A stretch of 63,529 nucleotides of DNA, counting the filler, from Reclinomonas americana ATCC 50394 (Eukaryota), in assembly GCA_048213135.1 (NCBI GenBank). It is 11 parts of 10 records of this genome, joined end to end, with 100 filler letters (N's around TTAATTAATTAA, not from the genome) between each part and the next. Parts side by side here need not be neighbours in the genome. Positions count along the whole stretch, not along the records: positions 1 to 5,811 come from PS015999.1; positions 5,912 to 11,291 come from PS016000.1; positions 11,392 to 13,300 come from PS016001.1; positions 13,401 to 21,188 come from PS016002.1; 7 more parts are not named here. One strand, 5' to 3'. Below are positions 1-13,800 of this stretch, in pieces; within the stretch, counting starts at the first letter, position 1, and the number at the start of each line of letters is the position of its first letter. Below the pieces are notes generated by a model, which was given only the letters and a program-made list of their open reading frames with translations, had not been told where the DNA came from and did no database searches. The position numbers and the translations under genes were made by a program.

Positions 1-89
1 CTGGGAGTTGGTGTGTGTGTGTGTGTGTGCATGCATTGTTGATTGCATTCTGCGTGTGCATTGGTGATTCATTCGTTGCGCTTTGACAG

Positions 90-2163
90 GTTGGTGACTT
101 GAGTTCTGTGTATTTCCGCGAGTCGGTGGGCGGTGTCGAGGGTCGCAGCAAGATTGCCGCGTTGCGTCTGTTTTCTCCATTGTTCGTCCTTTGCTGTTCT
201 CTGACTCTCTGTGCAGGTTCGATCTCGACGAGTGCGTGGAGTTGTCTCTCTCTCTCTGCGTTCGTTGTGTGTGTGCGCGCTGACTCCCGATTGCAGTACG
301 CTGGTCCGCACGCGCTCCGGCAACACGTTTGCGAAGAATGCCAGTGACTGGCAGTGGTTGTACCCGCAGGTGCGATACAGATGAATCGACCTGCTGCTGT
401 CCACTCCTTCTCGTCGTGACAGGATGCCGGTGTCCACTCCTTCTCGTTGTCACACACTGAGATGCCTGCTACTGTCCATTGCTTCTCCTTTGACGCACAG
501 ACATGTCTTCTGCTGCCATTCTTTCTCGTTGTGACAGGACGCTATCTCGCTTCTGCTGCCAATTTTTTCTTTTGTGTCACACAGACAACTCTCCGCAGCT
601 GTCCACTCCTCGTCGTTGTGTCTCGCTGAAGTTTCGCTGCTGGTGTCGACTCTTTCTCGTTGTGCCACTCAGACAGCTCGTTTCTGCTGTCACTGTGACG
701 TGTAGACAAGTCGCTTCTCTTGTTGCTTCGTCTTGACAAAAAGCTCTCTCGCTGCCGGTGTCCACTCTTCGTTGTATCACTCCGACAACTCGCTGTTGCT
801 GTCATGCTGACAACTCTCTGCTTTCCACTCCCTCCCGTTGTGTCACGCTGACAACTCTGTGCTGTCCACTCCTCCTCGTTGTCGTCCTTCTCACTGTGAC
901 ACGCCGATAACTCTCTTCTCTTGTCCACTCCTTCTCGTTTCCCGTGCCTGTCCACCCCTTCTCACCCCATCAACAGGTCGTCGGCAAGCTGCGCGAGCTG
1001 CACGACGAGGGCTACAAGCTGGTGATCATCAGCAACCAGAATGCCCTGTCGGCCGAGAAGAAGGGCGGCCAGTCCAAGTCCAAAGTCGCGGAGACGCACG
1101 GCCGCTTCGATCAGGTCATGGCCGGCATCGATCGCCCGATGCAGGCGTTCATGGCGATTGAGAAGGACCGCTTCCGCAAGCCGTACACGGGCATCTGGGA
1201 CTTGCTGAGTGTGCACCACAATGGCGGCGTACTCATCGACAAGGACGCCTCGTTTTTCGTCGGCGACGCCGCCGGTCGCCCGGATGGATGGAAGGTGCTG
1301 GATGCACTCTATGTACGTATCCCTTTCTCGATCTCACGCACACGCCATGTCCACACCACAGAGCGGCCGAAAGAAGGACTTTTCGTGCACCGATCGCAAG
1401 TTCGCTCTCAACGTGGGCATCAACTTCAAGACTCCCGAGGAGTTCTACCTGGGCGAGCAGCCGGTCGACTTTACATGGGACGGCTTCAACCCGCACTCGA
1501 TTGACGAGTTGGAGGATCGCCATGTGCTGGCCGATGGCGGTCAGGTCGTTCGCCCGTCGCAGGAGGTCTGTATCTTTGCACTCTTTTTGTCATGCAGCGG
1601 GAAACTGCCTTCGCTCACCCATCCCATAGATGGTCCTGATGGTCGGCTTCCCCGGCAGCGGCAAGAGCACGTTTGCGCGCCGTCACCTGCTGCCCGCTGG
1701 CTACGTGCACGTCAATCGCGACACGCTGAAGACGCCGGCCAAGTGCCTGGCGGCGGCCGAGGCGGCACTCCAGGCCGGCAAGAGTGTGGTGGTCGACAAC
1801 ACGAACCCGTCGCGCGAGGCGCGCAGCTCGTACATTCGACTGGCCGATAAGCACTCGGTGCCGGTGCGCTGCTTCATCATGGAGGCCGACGAGGACTTGG
1901 CGCAGTTTCGTCTGCATCATTGCGTGGATTTTTCCACACTGTTGTTGATTCTTTTTTGTTGCAGGCACATGAACATGTACCGCGAGGCGGTGACGAATGG
2001 TGAGCACAAGCACGTACCGGGCATGGCGTATGGAGTCTACAAGAAGAGCTTCGAGGAGCCGGATCCGGCGGCCGAGCACATTGCCGAGGTCAAGGTCATC
2101 CGCTTTGTGCCGCAGTTCGACAGCGAGGAGCATCGCAAGATGTTCAAGATGTTCCACTGCTGA
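90..2163 (+). CDS. PNKP: Bifunctional polynucleotide phosphatase/kinase (5' partial, multi-exon)
   Basis: Spliced translation gives KIAAFDLDDTLVRTRSGNTF..DW, ISNQ, RKPYTGIW, FFVGDAAGR, KDFSCTDRKFALNVG, P-loop GFPGSGKST, VVVDNTNP. Confidence 0.93.
400..945. repeat. Degenerate intronic minisatellite (GTCCACTCCT..CGTTGT core)
   Basis: Repeated tgtccactccttctcgttgt / gacaactctc units inside the long PNKP intron 370-976. Confidence 0.7.
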
Positions 2164-2426
2164 TGATTTTATTTTTTTTTGCGTGGCGAGAGGAAAGGTG
2201 GCCGGGCCGACAGCGATTGGAATGGCGGGAAAGAAGGAAACGAATGAATGGATCGGCGTCACCTTATCATAAGAGAGACTGTGTACATTTGTTTTTGGTT
2301 TTGGTTGTGGTTTTTGATGCCGACGCGGTGCAGCACGGAGCGAGCGCAGGGGGGAAATGGGGGAACAGAGTATCGGGCCGGTTCAGTCGGGCATGCCGCG
2401 CGCGGAGCAACAGAAACGTGCTCTCC

Positions 2427-3829
2427 TTAGTTGAGCACGCACGACTCGTATGTTGGTACTGCATGCAAGAAAGAACAAGGCACGTGAGTATTTACGCTTG
2501 CAGCAGTGAGACGACAACAACAGGCGTGGTGACGTAACTCATGTACTTGATGTTGATCTGCGGGGAAGAGAGAGAGAGGGAGGGGGAAGGAAAGAGAGCA
2601 CGGTCAGTGACTTCACACAGAAGTGGCACGGTGCGCATGACTCACGAAAGCATCCTCGCCGCCATTGGTCTCCAGCAACTGCAATGTCTCGTCAATGAGG
2701 TCGCCGAGGTTGAGTCGCTTGCGCTGTCCGTATTCGATCGAGTCGCCAATGTTGCTGTTCTTGTTCTTGAAAAGGTTGAGCACCGGCAAGATCTGGCGGT
2801 AGTACGGCACCAGCGCCTCGCCAATCATCTCGCCACTCAGCACCAGTTGTTGCAGCACCTTCAGCACCGTGCAAATGATCTCCGGATCGCGTGTGTTCAA
2901 CGCGGCTGTGTTGGGGGGAGAATGGAACATGAGAAGGCTGGCTGGCGCGGGCGCCGGCACATTCTCGTGTTACGCAACTCTTGATGGGGATGATGAGCTG
3001 TGGAATGGTGCGCAGCACCTTGTTGGAGCCTCGCTCCAACAGATCCAGGGTGCCCTGCACAGCCAAGAAGCGGTACGGCTCCTCCTTCTCGNNNNNNNNN
3101 NNNNNNNNNNNNNNNNNNNNNNNNNNNNNNNNNNNNNNNNNNNNNNNNNNNNNNNNNNNNNNNNNNNNNNNNNNNNNNNNNNNNNNNNNNNNNNNNNGAG
3201 AGAGAGAGAGGGAGAGAAAGATAGGCCAAACTTACTGCTTCAAACGCTCACCACTCCGCCTTCAAACGCTCACCACTCCTTCAAACGCTCACCACTCCTT
3301 CAAACGCTCACCACTCCTTCAAACGCTCACCACTCCTTCAAACGCTCACGACTCCGTCTTCAAACGCTCACGACTCCGTCTTCAAACGCTCACCACTGCC
3401 TTCAAACGCTCACCACTCCTTCAAACGCTCACCACTCCGTCTTCAAACGCTGACCACTCCCTCGAGCACCCGCACCCTCCACATGCTCGCCATTCCTTCT
3501 CTCTCCCCTTCTCTCCCTCTCTCTCCCCTTCTCTCTCCCACTCCCTTCTCCCTTCCCCCTCACCCCCTTCTCACCTTATCCGCCGGCTTGGCGCCCCTCT
3601 TCAACGAGCTGGTGAGCCCACCAGTGCCCGTGTGCTTGTGCAAGAACGAAGTGCCGGAGATTCCGCGCGGTGGCGAGCTCGACCCGGCCGCCGCCGACGA
3701 CGAGCTTCCACCCGCCGCCGCAGTCGTCGACGACTTGCCCTTGTACTCGGCCGGGAAGTCACCAAAACACGACTCCGACGCCTTGGGCAGCAAATGCGCG
3801 TCCTTCTTCTTGCTGCGCGTGCGTGACAT
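2427..3829 (-). CDS. PACRG: Parkin co-regulated gene protein (axonemal), interrupted by a gap
   Basis: [57 protein letters not shown]. Confidence 0.92.
3238..3460. repeat. 18-21 bp minisatellite (CTTCAAACGCTCACCACTC) in PACRG intron
   Basis: About 11 near-perfect tandem copies are visible. Confidence 0.92.
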
Positions 3830-4540
3830 GGTGAGCGCGCGGGCGCGTGCTTCACTCTCACACATACACACACACAGAGTGATGAGACCGCACCTTCCGG
3901 GCTGCTTGCCGTCCCACGACAAGTGCGTCTTCACGTAATCTGTGAGTGCGTGGAGGAGGAGGGAAACACAGCAACAGGGGCAGGCATGATGCAAATGAGT
4001 GAAACCGTTGATCATGGCAGTTGTTCGAGTGAGTCATCACAAAGAGAGTCGCGATCACGCACCTTCAATGAGCAGCGATTGCGCCTGTGCACAGAGAGAC
4101 GCACACACACGGAGACAGAGAGAGCAACAGAGAGCGCGCGTGTGCGTGTGAGCAAAACGGCAATGTCGCACAAGGAAAAACACCCTTCACCAACACACAC
4201 ACACACTCACCGCAGACTTGTTTGCCATCGCCATGGTGAATGATGCAACGGAGTAAACCACACACACTAACACTACTAAATCACAGAGCACAAACAAACA
4301 AGCGAGCCCTTCTCTTCCCGCGAATGAAACGCTTGCAATGCGTGACGTCACATTGTCACCCCGTGTCGTGGGGGAAATTTCGAGTGTACGTTGGGCATTT
4401 TGTGGCACGCCGGGGGAAATGTCTGACCTGCGCGATATCACACCCGGGCGATCTCGTGTCGGTCTCTCAGAGGTACTACTCATGCACACAGGACGCGTCT
4501 TCAGTTGTTGCTGACTGCGTGCGTTGTGTAGTCGGTTGGC

Positions 4541-5701
4541 TTGAATCGCGGACCGCGCGGACCCTCTGCTGAGCCCATTAGGCGACATCAGCCTCAGCAG
4601 CAGCAGCATCAGCAAGAGGCGCCTGTGTCTCACGTGCCAGTGTCGTCCACACATGAGCGAGAGACACGCGCGTCGCGACTGCAGGCGTTCATCTCTGGCT
4701 CGCCGTATGCCTACCACGTGCGCACTTCGACGACGCCTTCATCGCCACTGCGTCGCAGTCAGCTCGATAGTGGGCCTCCTCCTTCGCAGCCCGCTGCTGG
4801 TGGGCGACCTCCATCGATGCCAGCGGAGCCTGTGCGTGTGCAGCAACAGCATAGGCGGCGGCATAGCATGGAGACTGCGGCGTCGGCGGCAGCTGCGGCT
4901 GCGGCCTTGTCGGCCACGGAAGAGGTGATCTTCTCTGCGGCACCGCATCTGCGGGCGGTGGAGTCGCCGCGGCATCCGATCAAGTATGCGTTGAAGGAGC
5001 GGGAAGAGTTTTACCAGTTGCAGGATCGATTGCGGTCGCGGTCGCCTCCGTTGTACCTGAAACGTGGCTTGGTGACGGCGACGACTGCCGCTGCGCCGTC
5101 GATGTTGGATCGCATGGCGGGATCGCCGGAGATTCGTCGCGTGTTTGATATGGAGCGGTCGCGCATGGCCGCGCAGAGGGATCTCGCTCCGCCCGCGTTT
5201 GACTTGTCGTCGGCGTCGGCGAATGGATTCAACAGACCGCCGTCCGGTGCCGGTGCTGGTGGCGCCTTCTCCACGCATCCGTACCAGTACAATGGCGCCA
5301 CACCGTCGCCGGCTGCCGGCTACAATGCGCCTCCTGGATGGCAGCAGCAGACCACCAGTGGTCCGCAGCGAGGTGGCCGCCCGTCGACGGTTGGTGGACC
5401 CGGTGGTGGCAGTGGCGCTAGTGGTGTGAATGGCGACGGTCGACCGCCGTCACGAGGCCGTGGTCGCGATCGCGCCTCACCGGCACCACCGTCGCCCACG
5501 CGTGGTCGGCGCGGCAGCAATGGGTCGCTGAGCGGCGACCGCACACCCAGCAAGGAGGAGATCTCGCAGTTGAAGGCCGAACAGGCGCGCTTGTTGGCCG
5601 AGATCGACCAGCTGCGCCACACAGAGATGCTGGTCAACGAGCACTTGGATAACAACCGGAACGACGTGGCCACGCTGCTGGCGCACCGGTTCCCCTACAT
5701 G
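4541..5701 (+). CDS. Long low-complexity exon with a short coiled coil; probably the N-terminus of the downstream kinase gene
   Basis: Open frame of ~385 codons with coding-like GC bias, ending at donor G|GTTTGT before a (GA)n tract and gap. Start codon unresolved. Confidence 0.5.
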
Positions 5702-5709
5702 GTTTGTGC

Positions 5710-5811
<102 letters not shown>

Positions 5812-5911
5812 NNNNNNNNNNNNNNNNNNNNNNNNNNNNNNNNNNNNNNNNNNNNTTAATTAATTAANNNNNNNNNNNNNNNNNNNNNNNNNNNNNNNNN
5901 NNNNNNNNNNN

Positions 5912-8900
5912 GTGTCTGGGTGGCGACTGACTCCGGCGCGTTGGGAGTGCAGGATAGTGAGCCCAAGTCGCGCATTCATGTGTCGGAGGTCAGCATGTTG
6001 GAGAAGGTGCCGGCGGCAGCTGCTGGACGCGACAACTGCTTCCGCATTGCATCGTCACGGTGCGTCTCGTGTCACTCACTCTTTCTCCCTCACACACACT
6101 CTCTCTTCCACGCACACGTGCACACTCACTTGCTCTTTCTCGTTCTCTCTCTCTCTGTTTCTCTCTGTCTGTGTCTGTCTCTCTCTCTCCCTCCCTGCCT
6201 CCCTCTTTCACTCTCTCCCTCTCTCGCTTTCTCCACATGACCAGCAACTCGTACGTGCTGGCGGCGACCAATGCCGGCGAGGTGGAGCAGTGGATCAGTG
6301 CCATCAAGCAGGCCAAGGTGGAGCATGCGGGCGAGCAGTCGTTTGCCGCCCTCACTGAGTGGTTCAACGCGTGCGGTGGCGACGAGCAAGTGTTCCTGCG
6401 CGGTGTGGTGCAGTCGATTGAGAAGATTGTGCCGAGCTACAACCACTCGCTACAAAAGATCCGCACCGATCTCTCCACTGTGTGTGGTCGGCTGATTCGA
6501 GAGGTTCATTGTTTTTTGCGACGCGAGCACTCCCACTCTCCTCTCTCTCTGTGTGTGTCACGTTCGTCTGACTGTGTGTGGTGGTCTCCGAGGCGCAGAG
6601 CTCGCACCACAGCCCCACTCCGAGCATGCAGCTGCCGGACTCGCCCGACGTGTCGTGCCTGCTTCGACCAGAAGATTTGCAGTTCGGCTCCAAAATCGCC
6701 GACGGTTTCTACGGCGAGGTGTACCGCGGCCGTCTGTGGGGCAAAGATGTGGCCATCAAGCGCCTCAAGCGCGACATTACGCAAGACGTGGTCGACGACC
6801 TCAAGAAGGAGGTCCGCGTGCTGAGGTATGTGTGGGAGGAGCTGGCACTTCACCTCCTTCGCATCTCACTTCTTGCTCGCGTTAGTGCACTGCGACACCC
6901 GAATGTGATCCTGTTCATGGGTTTCTGCGACCAACTGCCGACACCGAGTGTGGTGTTTGAGATGGCACCGAAGGGCAATCTGTACAACGCCATGCGCAAC
7001 GAGCCCATCACCGACGACATGCTGTGGCGCATGGTGATGGAGATCTGCGATGGCATGAACTACCTGCATCATCGTGGATGCTTGCACCTCGACCTGAAGC
7101 CTGTCAATCTGCTGGTTCGTGCATGTATGCTTGTGAGGGTGACTGGCTGTTGCTCACCGGTCGACTGCTGGCCGTGCAGGTCGACGACGACTATCACATC
7201 AAGGTCTCCGATTTTGGTCTCTCGAAGATTCTCGAGCCCAAGTCGAAGCGCGTGTCGCGACCGCGTTGAGTCTCATTTGTTCTCGCTTCGACCGCCGACC
7301 ACGTGCTCACCGTCATTTTGTGCGTGCAGGCTACGGCACCACCATTTTGTATCAGGCTCCGGAAATTTATCTTCATCCGGAGCGCGAGTATGGACTGGCA
7401 GGTGCATTTACCCGCATTCACTCTCTCTTTCTCCCACAACGCGTTGACCGTCGTCTGTTTGCCGTGGTGCAGCCGATGTGTTCAGCTTCGGCATGGTGCT
7501 CTTTGAGATTTTCTTTGTTCGTGAGCACCCGGATTGCGATTTCAAGGAAGAAGGTTTGGTCCTCGCGCTTGCCCTCTACATGCGTGCGCCTGGTGTGTGC
7601 TCATCCTGCCCTTCCCGGAATAGAGGACTACATTTTCCGCATTTTGCGTGAACCATTGGAGCGTGGTCAGGCACCTCTCATTCCGCCATGGTGGCCGCCG
7701 TACGTGCAGAATGTGATTCTGGCGTGCTTGAACAACCGACCGGAGCACAGACCATCGTTCGAGCAAGTGTTGCAGGCGTTGCGCCCTGTTGGTGTGTATC
7801 CACCGCTCCATGACTCCGCACTTTGTGTATGTTGGCCTCTGATGGTGTGCGCGCACACACAGATTCGTCGGAGTCGTGGTTCCTGTTCCGTTACTCGGCA
7901 CAGTTCATGTTCGATTTGGCCAAGCAAGGTACACAATCGTGTGATTCTGCTCGTAGCGCTCTCCTGTTCTCTACTCACTGTCCCGTTGCGTGCAGACATT
8001 TATGGCTTCAAGAAGCTGGAGGAGTTGAGACCGCACGAGTCGCTGGCGTTCATGATGGAATGCCCAGATCGTTTGGTATCACACCTGGTGGCCTCGGCTG
8101 TGGTGCTGGCCGAGTCGGCGGAGAATCTGGAGACCGCCATCAACATACTCAAGCGCAACGCCGGCTCCCGTGCGTCGACAGTCTGTGCGGCGAACTGAGT
8201 CTGCCTGCGGTGTGTGACTCACACACTTGTCGTGCAGAGGAATCCTTGGACTATGTGCTGTTCGAGGCACCGCTGGACGCCGTGTTTGCTCTGCTCACCA
8301 ACAATGCACCGAAACTCGCACTGGAGGGCCTGGAGATTGTGACCCTCTTCCTGCGCGTGTATGCCACGGGCGAGCAGGCGTGCCGCCGGTTGCAGGAGAT
8401 CAACTTGGCCGCCTACCTCGAGCGCTGTGCGCGCATGCACGAGGCGCACGTGTGTGGTCCAGTGCTCACGCTGCTCGGCCGCATCTTGGAGGTCGGCAAT
8501 ACCGGTGCGTGCTCCTGCTTGTGGCCACAGTCCCACTCTCTAGGATGTTGTGTCTAAGCTGGCACGCATGCACAGCGGGCCTGGCGTTTTGCAGCGGGTC
8601 ACCGATTTTCGAGTTGCTCATCGAATGGGGCAGCCGCACCAACGAGGCCGATCGTCCGCTGGCCGCCGCTGCGCTGCAGGTGTTGGTGAGCATGGTGGTG
8701 GCGGACGAGAGTGTGGCACAGCGTGTGGAGAAGCACGGCCTGCATCCGATGCAACTCGCCGCTCGCTGCATGACCTCCGCGCATGTCACGCATGTGCGAC
8801 GTCAATCGATGCGACGCGGACCCCCGGCTGGCAGCGGTACGTGGCGTGACGCATTGCTTGTGTGCAACCCTCTCTGACCGCGCAATCACAGCGGCTGCGG

Positions 8901-10502
8901 ATGTGCCGTCCAGTCTCCCGCTCAAGTTCCTACAGGCCAAGGGCAAAATGGAGATGCTGTCCGAGTCCCCCGGCGATCGCTCGTCGTTGAATCCTCTCGA
9001 TTTTCGGGAGTTCAAGGAGAAGCAAGGTTTTGATTGCTCTCTCTCTCTCTCTCTTCATTCTTTCGCTCTGTTGTGACCTTGTCGTTCTCATTTTCTTGTC
9101 GGCACAGAGGAGGTGGAGAGACAGGTGACGGACGACATGGTGGTGGACAAGCTGGCCGAGATCCTCATTGGCGTGGACATTGACGACATCTCGCCACTGC
9201 TCATTCGCCGACGACTGGAGGAAGAGCTCAGCATCGAGCTGGAGAAGCGGAAAAAATGGATTGAACAGTTTCGTCATCGCTTGGCGCAAGACAACCGGGT
9301 GTGGAGTACTGACGTGTGTGCGTGCGTGCGTGCGTGCGTGTGCAGGCAAATCTTCCGACTGGTGGGTCAGATGGAGTCGCCATCGCGGATCACCGAGTAT
9401 CTGTACCTTGGCAGTTGCGTGTTGTGCTGCTCGTCTCTCTGCGGCAATCGTACTCACCACGCGTGTGTATGTAGGCGAGTGGAATGCCTCGAATCTGCGC
9501 GAAATGACCAAGCTTGGCATCACGCACGTGTTCAACACGGCGATCGAAAGTCCCAACTTTTTCGGCGACAAGTTTGTGTACAAGAACATCAAGGTGTGGG
9601 ACCAGAAGCAGGTCGACATGTACTCGCATTTTGAGGACGCACACCAGTTTATCAGTTGTGTGATGGAGGGAGAGAGAGGGCGGGTGCCGAGAGAAAGCAG
9701 CAGCTCATTGATGTGTGTGTTTCTCTCTCTCTCTCTAGCCGACGTTGAGCGCAGCAATCAGCGCGTTCTTCTCCACTGCAAGTTTGGGCAGAGGTTCGTG
9801 GGCACGTGACTCTGCGTGCCACACACCGTCTCACTCTGTTGTCGCGCAGTCGGAGCACGACACTCGTGTTGGCGCATCTCATCAAGCGCAACCGATGGTC
9901 ATTTGATCGCGCGTTCGCCTACGTCAAGGAGCGGCGCTCACAAGTCTTCCCCAACTCGGTACGCACTGTTCTTATTCTTCTTCTTCTCCTTCACAGAGTC
10001 TTGACCGTGNNNNNNNNNNNNNNNNNNNNNNNNNNNNNNNNNNNNNNNNNNNNNNNNNNNNNNNNNNNNNNNNNNNNNNNNNNNNNNNNNNNNNNNNNNN
10101 NNNNNNNNNNNNNNNNNNNNNNNNNNNNNNNNNNNNNNNNNNNNNNNNNNNNNNNNNNNNNNNNNNNNNNNNNNNNNNNNNNNNNNNNNNNNNNNNNNNN
10201 NNNNNNNNNNNNNNNNNNNNNNNNNNNNNNNNNNNNNNNNNNNNNNNNNNNNNNNNNNNNNNNNNNNNNNNNNNNNNNNNNNNNNNNNNNNNNNNNNNNN
10301 NNNNNNNNNNNNNNNNNNNNNNNNNNNNNNNNNNNNNNNNNNNNNNNNNNNNNNCCGGCACTCGCAGGGCTTTGTCGAACAACTACGCCGATGGCAAGCC
10401 GCACTGAGCATCCCCAACGACGGCTCACCACCCGCACTCATCCCCGCCGTCGCTCCAATACAGCCAACTGACACGAGCGCCTCGGGAAGCGGCGCCCCAT
10501 GA
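5912..10502 (+). CDS. PH domain + tyrosine-kinase-like kinase + helical region + DEK-C + slingshot-like dual-specificity phosphatase
   Basis: PH (NCFRI..YVLAA..VEQWISAI). Kinase GFYGEVY, VAIK, HPNVILFMG, HLDLKPVN, DFG, APE, DVFSFG. SSH-like QMESPSRITEYLYLGSEWNASNL, catalytic HCKFGQSRS, FPNSGFVEQL. Confidence 0.8.
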
Positions 10503-10818
10503 CAACGCCGCTCATCGCCTATATGATTTCTGTACAGACGAGTGTATTCTCCGCTGTTCTTTTGTTTGCAAGCTGTGAGCAGTGCTGGTGCTCGAAGGGA
10601 TCGCACGGGCCTCCGCTGTTCTTTGTTTGCAAGCTGCAAAACGATGCAGGAACAGGAAGGGACCCTTCGTCGTTCTCGTTCTGATCGTTGCAGATTGCCG
10701 AGCTTCTCTCGTACTGTTCCTGGAACGTCTCACATTCCCACGACTGCGATCCTCATGCACCAAAGCTGAAGCCGATACCTCCAACGACCGATCGATCGCC
10801 TGACCGATCGCTCACACA

Positions 10819-13800
10819 ATGTCTCAACACCGCCGAGGTCGCTCATACGACGACGACGATGACGACGATGATGACGACCTGTATGCCTACGGAATGGACG
10901 ACACACAACACGCTCACCACCGCCACCACACCGCCTCCATCAACACCAGCTGGATGATGAACCAGCTAATGCTCGAGTCCTCCACTGGAGGCAGTGAGAG
11001 CGCTCTCATGACACCTCCTCCACCGCCTGTTCCTCTGCCTCGCCTGATCGCGCGACAACAACAGCAGGAGCACGCGAGCATCCCCGTGCTCGATGTCGAC
11101 ACGATTCTGCGCAACAATCGGCACCACTTGGACGTGACAAGCAGCACTGCGTCGAGCAGTGCGCGTGGAGGCCTTCCCGCGCACTCGACGGAGTGGGAAG
11201 AGGACGACACAGAGGAGCTGTTGCGTCGAGCGGGCTTGATTGACATTGGTCACGCGGAACGGCGGTTGCGCAATCAGCAAGAAGAGGATGANNNNNNNNN
11301 NNNNNNNNNNNNNNNNNNNNNNNNNNNNNNNNNNNTTAATTAATTAANNNNNNNNNNNNNNNNNNNNNNNNNNNNNNNNNNNNNNNNNNNNCGATTGACT
11401 TGCCTCACTTCTTCACGTCGCGTGCAGATGTCAACCAGCGCCGCGGAACGTGCACAGACGCAACTGAATCGTGCGCAGCACCAAATTGAAGTGCTGACGG
11501 CGGAGATGGCCGAGTTGGAGACGCGGCATCGCGATGTGCAGAGCAAGGTGTCACGCGGGGAGTCGCAGATCAAGAGTTGCGTGTGCGTGGATGGAGGCAA
11601 CGGTTGTGAACAGCAGCGCTGATGTTTGTGGCTGCAGTGCTGTCGCAGCAGCTGGACACGGCGCGTGCGGATACACGAAAGCAGCAAGACGGAAACGAGT
11701 ACTTGCGTGGCGAAGTGAGCGATTTGCAGGCCAAGCGGCAGGCGCTGGAGAACGACATGCGCAGCATTTTGCATCAGCAGCGCTCCGACCAGGCCACCCT
11801 NNNNNNNNNNNNNNNNNNNNNNNNNNNNNNNNNNNNNNNNNNNNNNNNNNNNNNNNNNNNNNNNNNNNNNNNNNNNNNNNNNNNNNNNNNNNNNNNNNNN
11901 NNNNNNNNNNNNNNNNNNNNNNNNNNNNNNNNNNNNNNNNNNNNNNNNNNNNNNNNNNNNNNNNNNNNNNNNNNNNNNNNNNNNNNNNNNNNNNNNNNNN
12001 NNNNNNNNNNNNNNNNNNNNNNNNNNNNNNNNNNNNNNNNNNNNNNNNNNNNNNNNNNNNNNNNNNNNNNNNNNNNNNNNNNNNNNNNNNNNNNNNNNNN
12101 NNNNNNNNNNNNNNNNNNNNNNNNNNNNNNNNNNNNNNNNNNNNNNNNNNNNNNNNNNNNNNNNNNNNNNNNNNNNNNNNNNNNNNNNNNNNNNNNNNNN
12201 NNNNNNNNNNNNNNNNNNNNNNNNNNNNNNNNNNNNNNNNNNNNNNNNNNNNNNNNNNNNNNNNNNNNNNNNNNNNNNNNNNNNNNNNNNNNNNNNNNNN
12301 NNNNNNNNNNNNNNNNNNNNNNNNNNNNNNNNNNNNNNNNNNNNNNNNNNNNNNNNNNNNNNNNNNNNNNNNNNNNNNNNNGCGACAGCTCATCTCCGAG
12401 AACGAGTCACTGACCAAGGAGAACAATGCCGCTCGCTCAGCCGTCTCACGCGCCGAGCAGGAGGCAGCGTACTCGCGCGAGGAGGTGCGCGCAAAGCAGA
12501 GCGAGCTGGAGCAGTCGAGGAGGGAACACAAGTTGCGTGCGACCACGACGATGACATTGTCGCTGCTGTTGGTGGTGGTTGTTGACACTTGGTTGTTGCA
12601 GGGAGGCTCTCGTGCATCGCGATCGACTGGAGAAGCAGATTGCACACTTGCAACAACAACTTCAATCGCTGCAGCAACGCTCCAACTCGGTCGACAACAT
12701 CAATGCTCCACCGTACTCGGCTGGTCCGGCACCCGCCATCGCCGGCGGTGTCGGTGGTGGTGCTGCTGCCCGTCGCTTCAACAGCGACGAAGCGATTCCG
12801 GCGGGCACTCGCACGTCGTCACAGTCGGTGGCCGCCGGTCTCAACATCTTTGCGGGTGCAAATACCAACAGCAACGGCCACGCCGCCGGTATCTCGCGAC
12901 AGGGGGCGGCAGCAGCCGGGGGCGGCGCCTTTGTGCCCACCACCGACGACATTGTGCACTTCAAGCGCATTCTGGAGTTCTTTGAGCGACAGCAACGACA
13001 ACCGGCGGGGACTGCGTCTGCGGGCACGAATGGCGGTCGGCGACCGCCGCCGTTTGCCACCAGTGTCGATGCGTCGGTGATGCCACCAGCCGGGCAGTCC
13101 ACCTCGCGCAATCGCGACTCTCCTGTTTTCCTTCCACCAGCCCCGATTCCGCCAGTCGCTATCGAGGGGCGACGCGCACAACCGGCCCCAGAAATGGAGC
13201 CGCGAAGACCTGCAGCATTGCCACCACCGCCACCACCATCCATGCAAGCGTACAGAAGACCACACGACGGCGACGCCGACGAAGATGGCGGGGACGGGGA
13301 NNNNNNNNNNNNNNNNNNNNNNNNNNNNNNNNNNNNNNNNNNNNTTAATTAATTAANNNNNNNNNNNNNNNNNNNNNNNNNNNNNNNNNNNNNNNNNNNN
13401 GCTGCTGCTGCTGTTGTTGTTGCATGGACGCTGCAGCGGCCACCGAGCGTTTCCGATCGGCGCTATTGGCACGCGCTCGTCCACTGGTGGGCGGCGGCGC
13501 ACCCCAGCTGCCACCGTCGACGGCCGCCGCCGGTCGCGATGGCGGCTGCATTCCCCAGGCCTCGGCCGGCTCGTAGGGTGGGCCCGCCGACTCGTCCTGC
13601 TCACGCACACGTGACCGGGGTGGCGATCGCGAGGCCCCTCGTGCTGACTTGGGCGGTGACACACTCTGCCGTTGCCTCTTGTCGCGCTCGATCTCGTCAC
13701 GCAGTCGCTTTCTCTCGCGCTCGCGCTCCTCGCGCACCTCCCGCTGCAGCCGAGAAAACTCGTCTTCCTCCTCCTCCTCCCCNNNNNNNNNNNNNNNNNN

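Noticed and set aside
1317..1326. GTATCCCTTT resembling a U12-type donor
   Set aside because: Imperfect match inside an ordinary GT-AG intron; using it would frameshift PNKP.
1905..1966. Reading shifted donors as non-canonical TT..GG introns
   Set aside because: Ambiguous only where the next exon starts with G. Unambiguous cases (2538, 2978, 9655, 50129) require GT-AG.
5856..5867. TTAATTAATTAA inside N runs (recurs many times)
   Set aside because: Artificial scaffold linker with stops in all frames, not biological.
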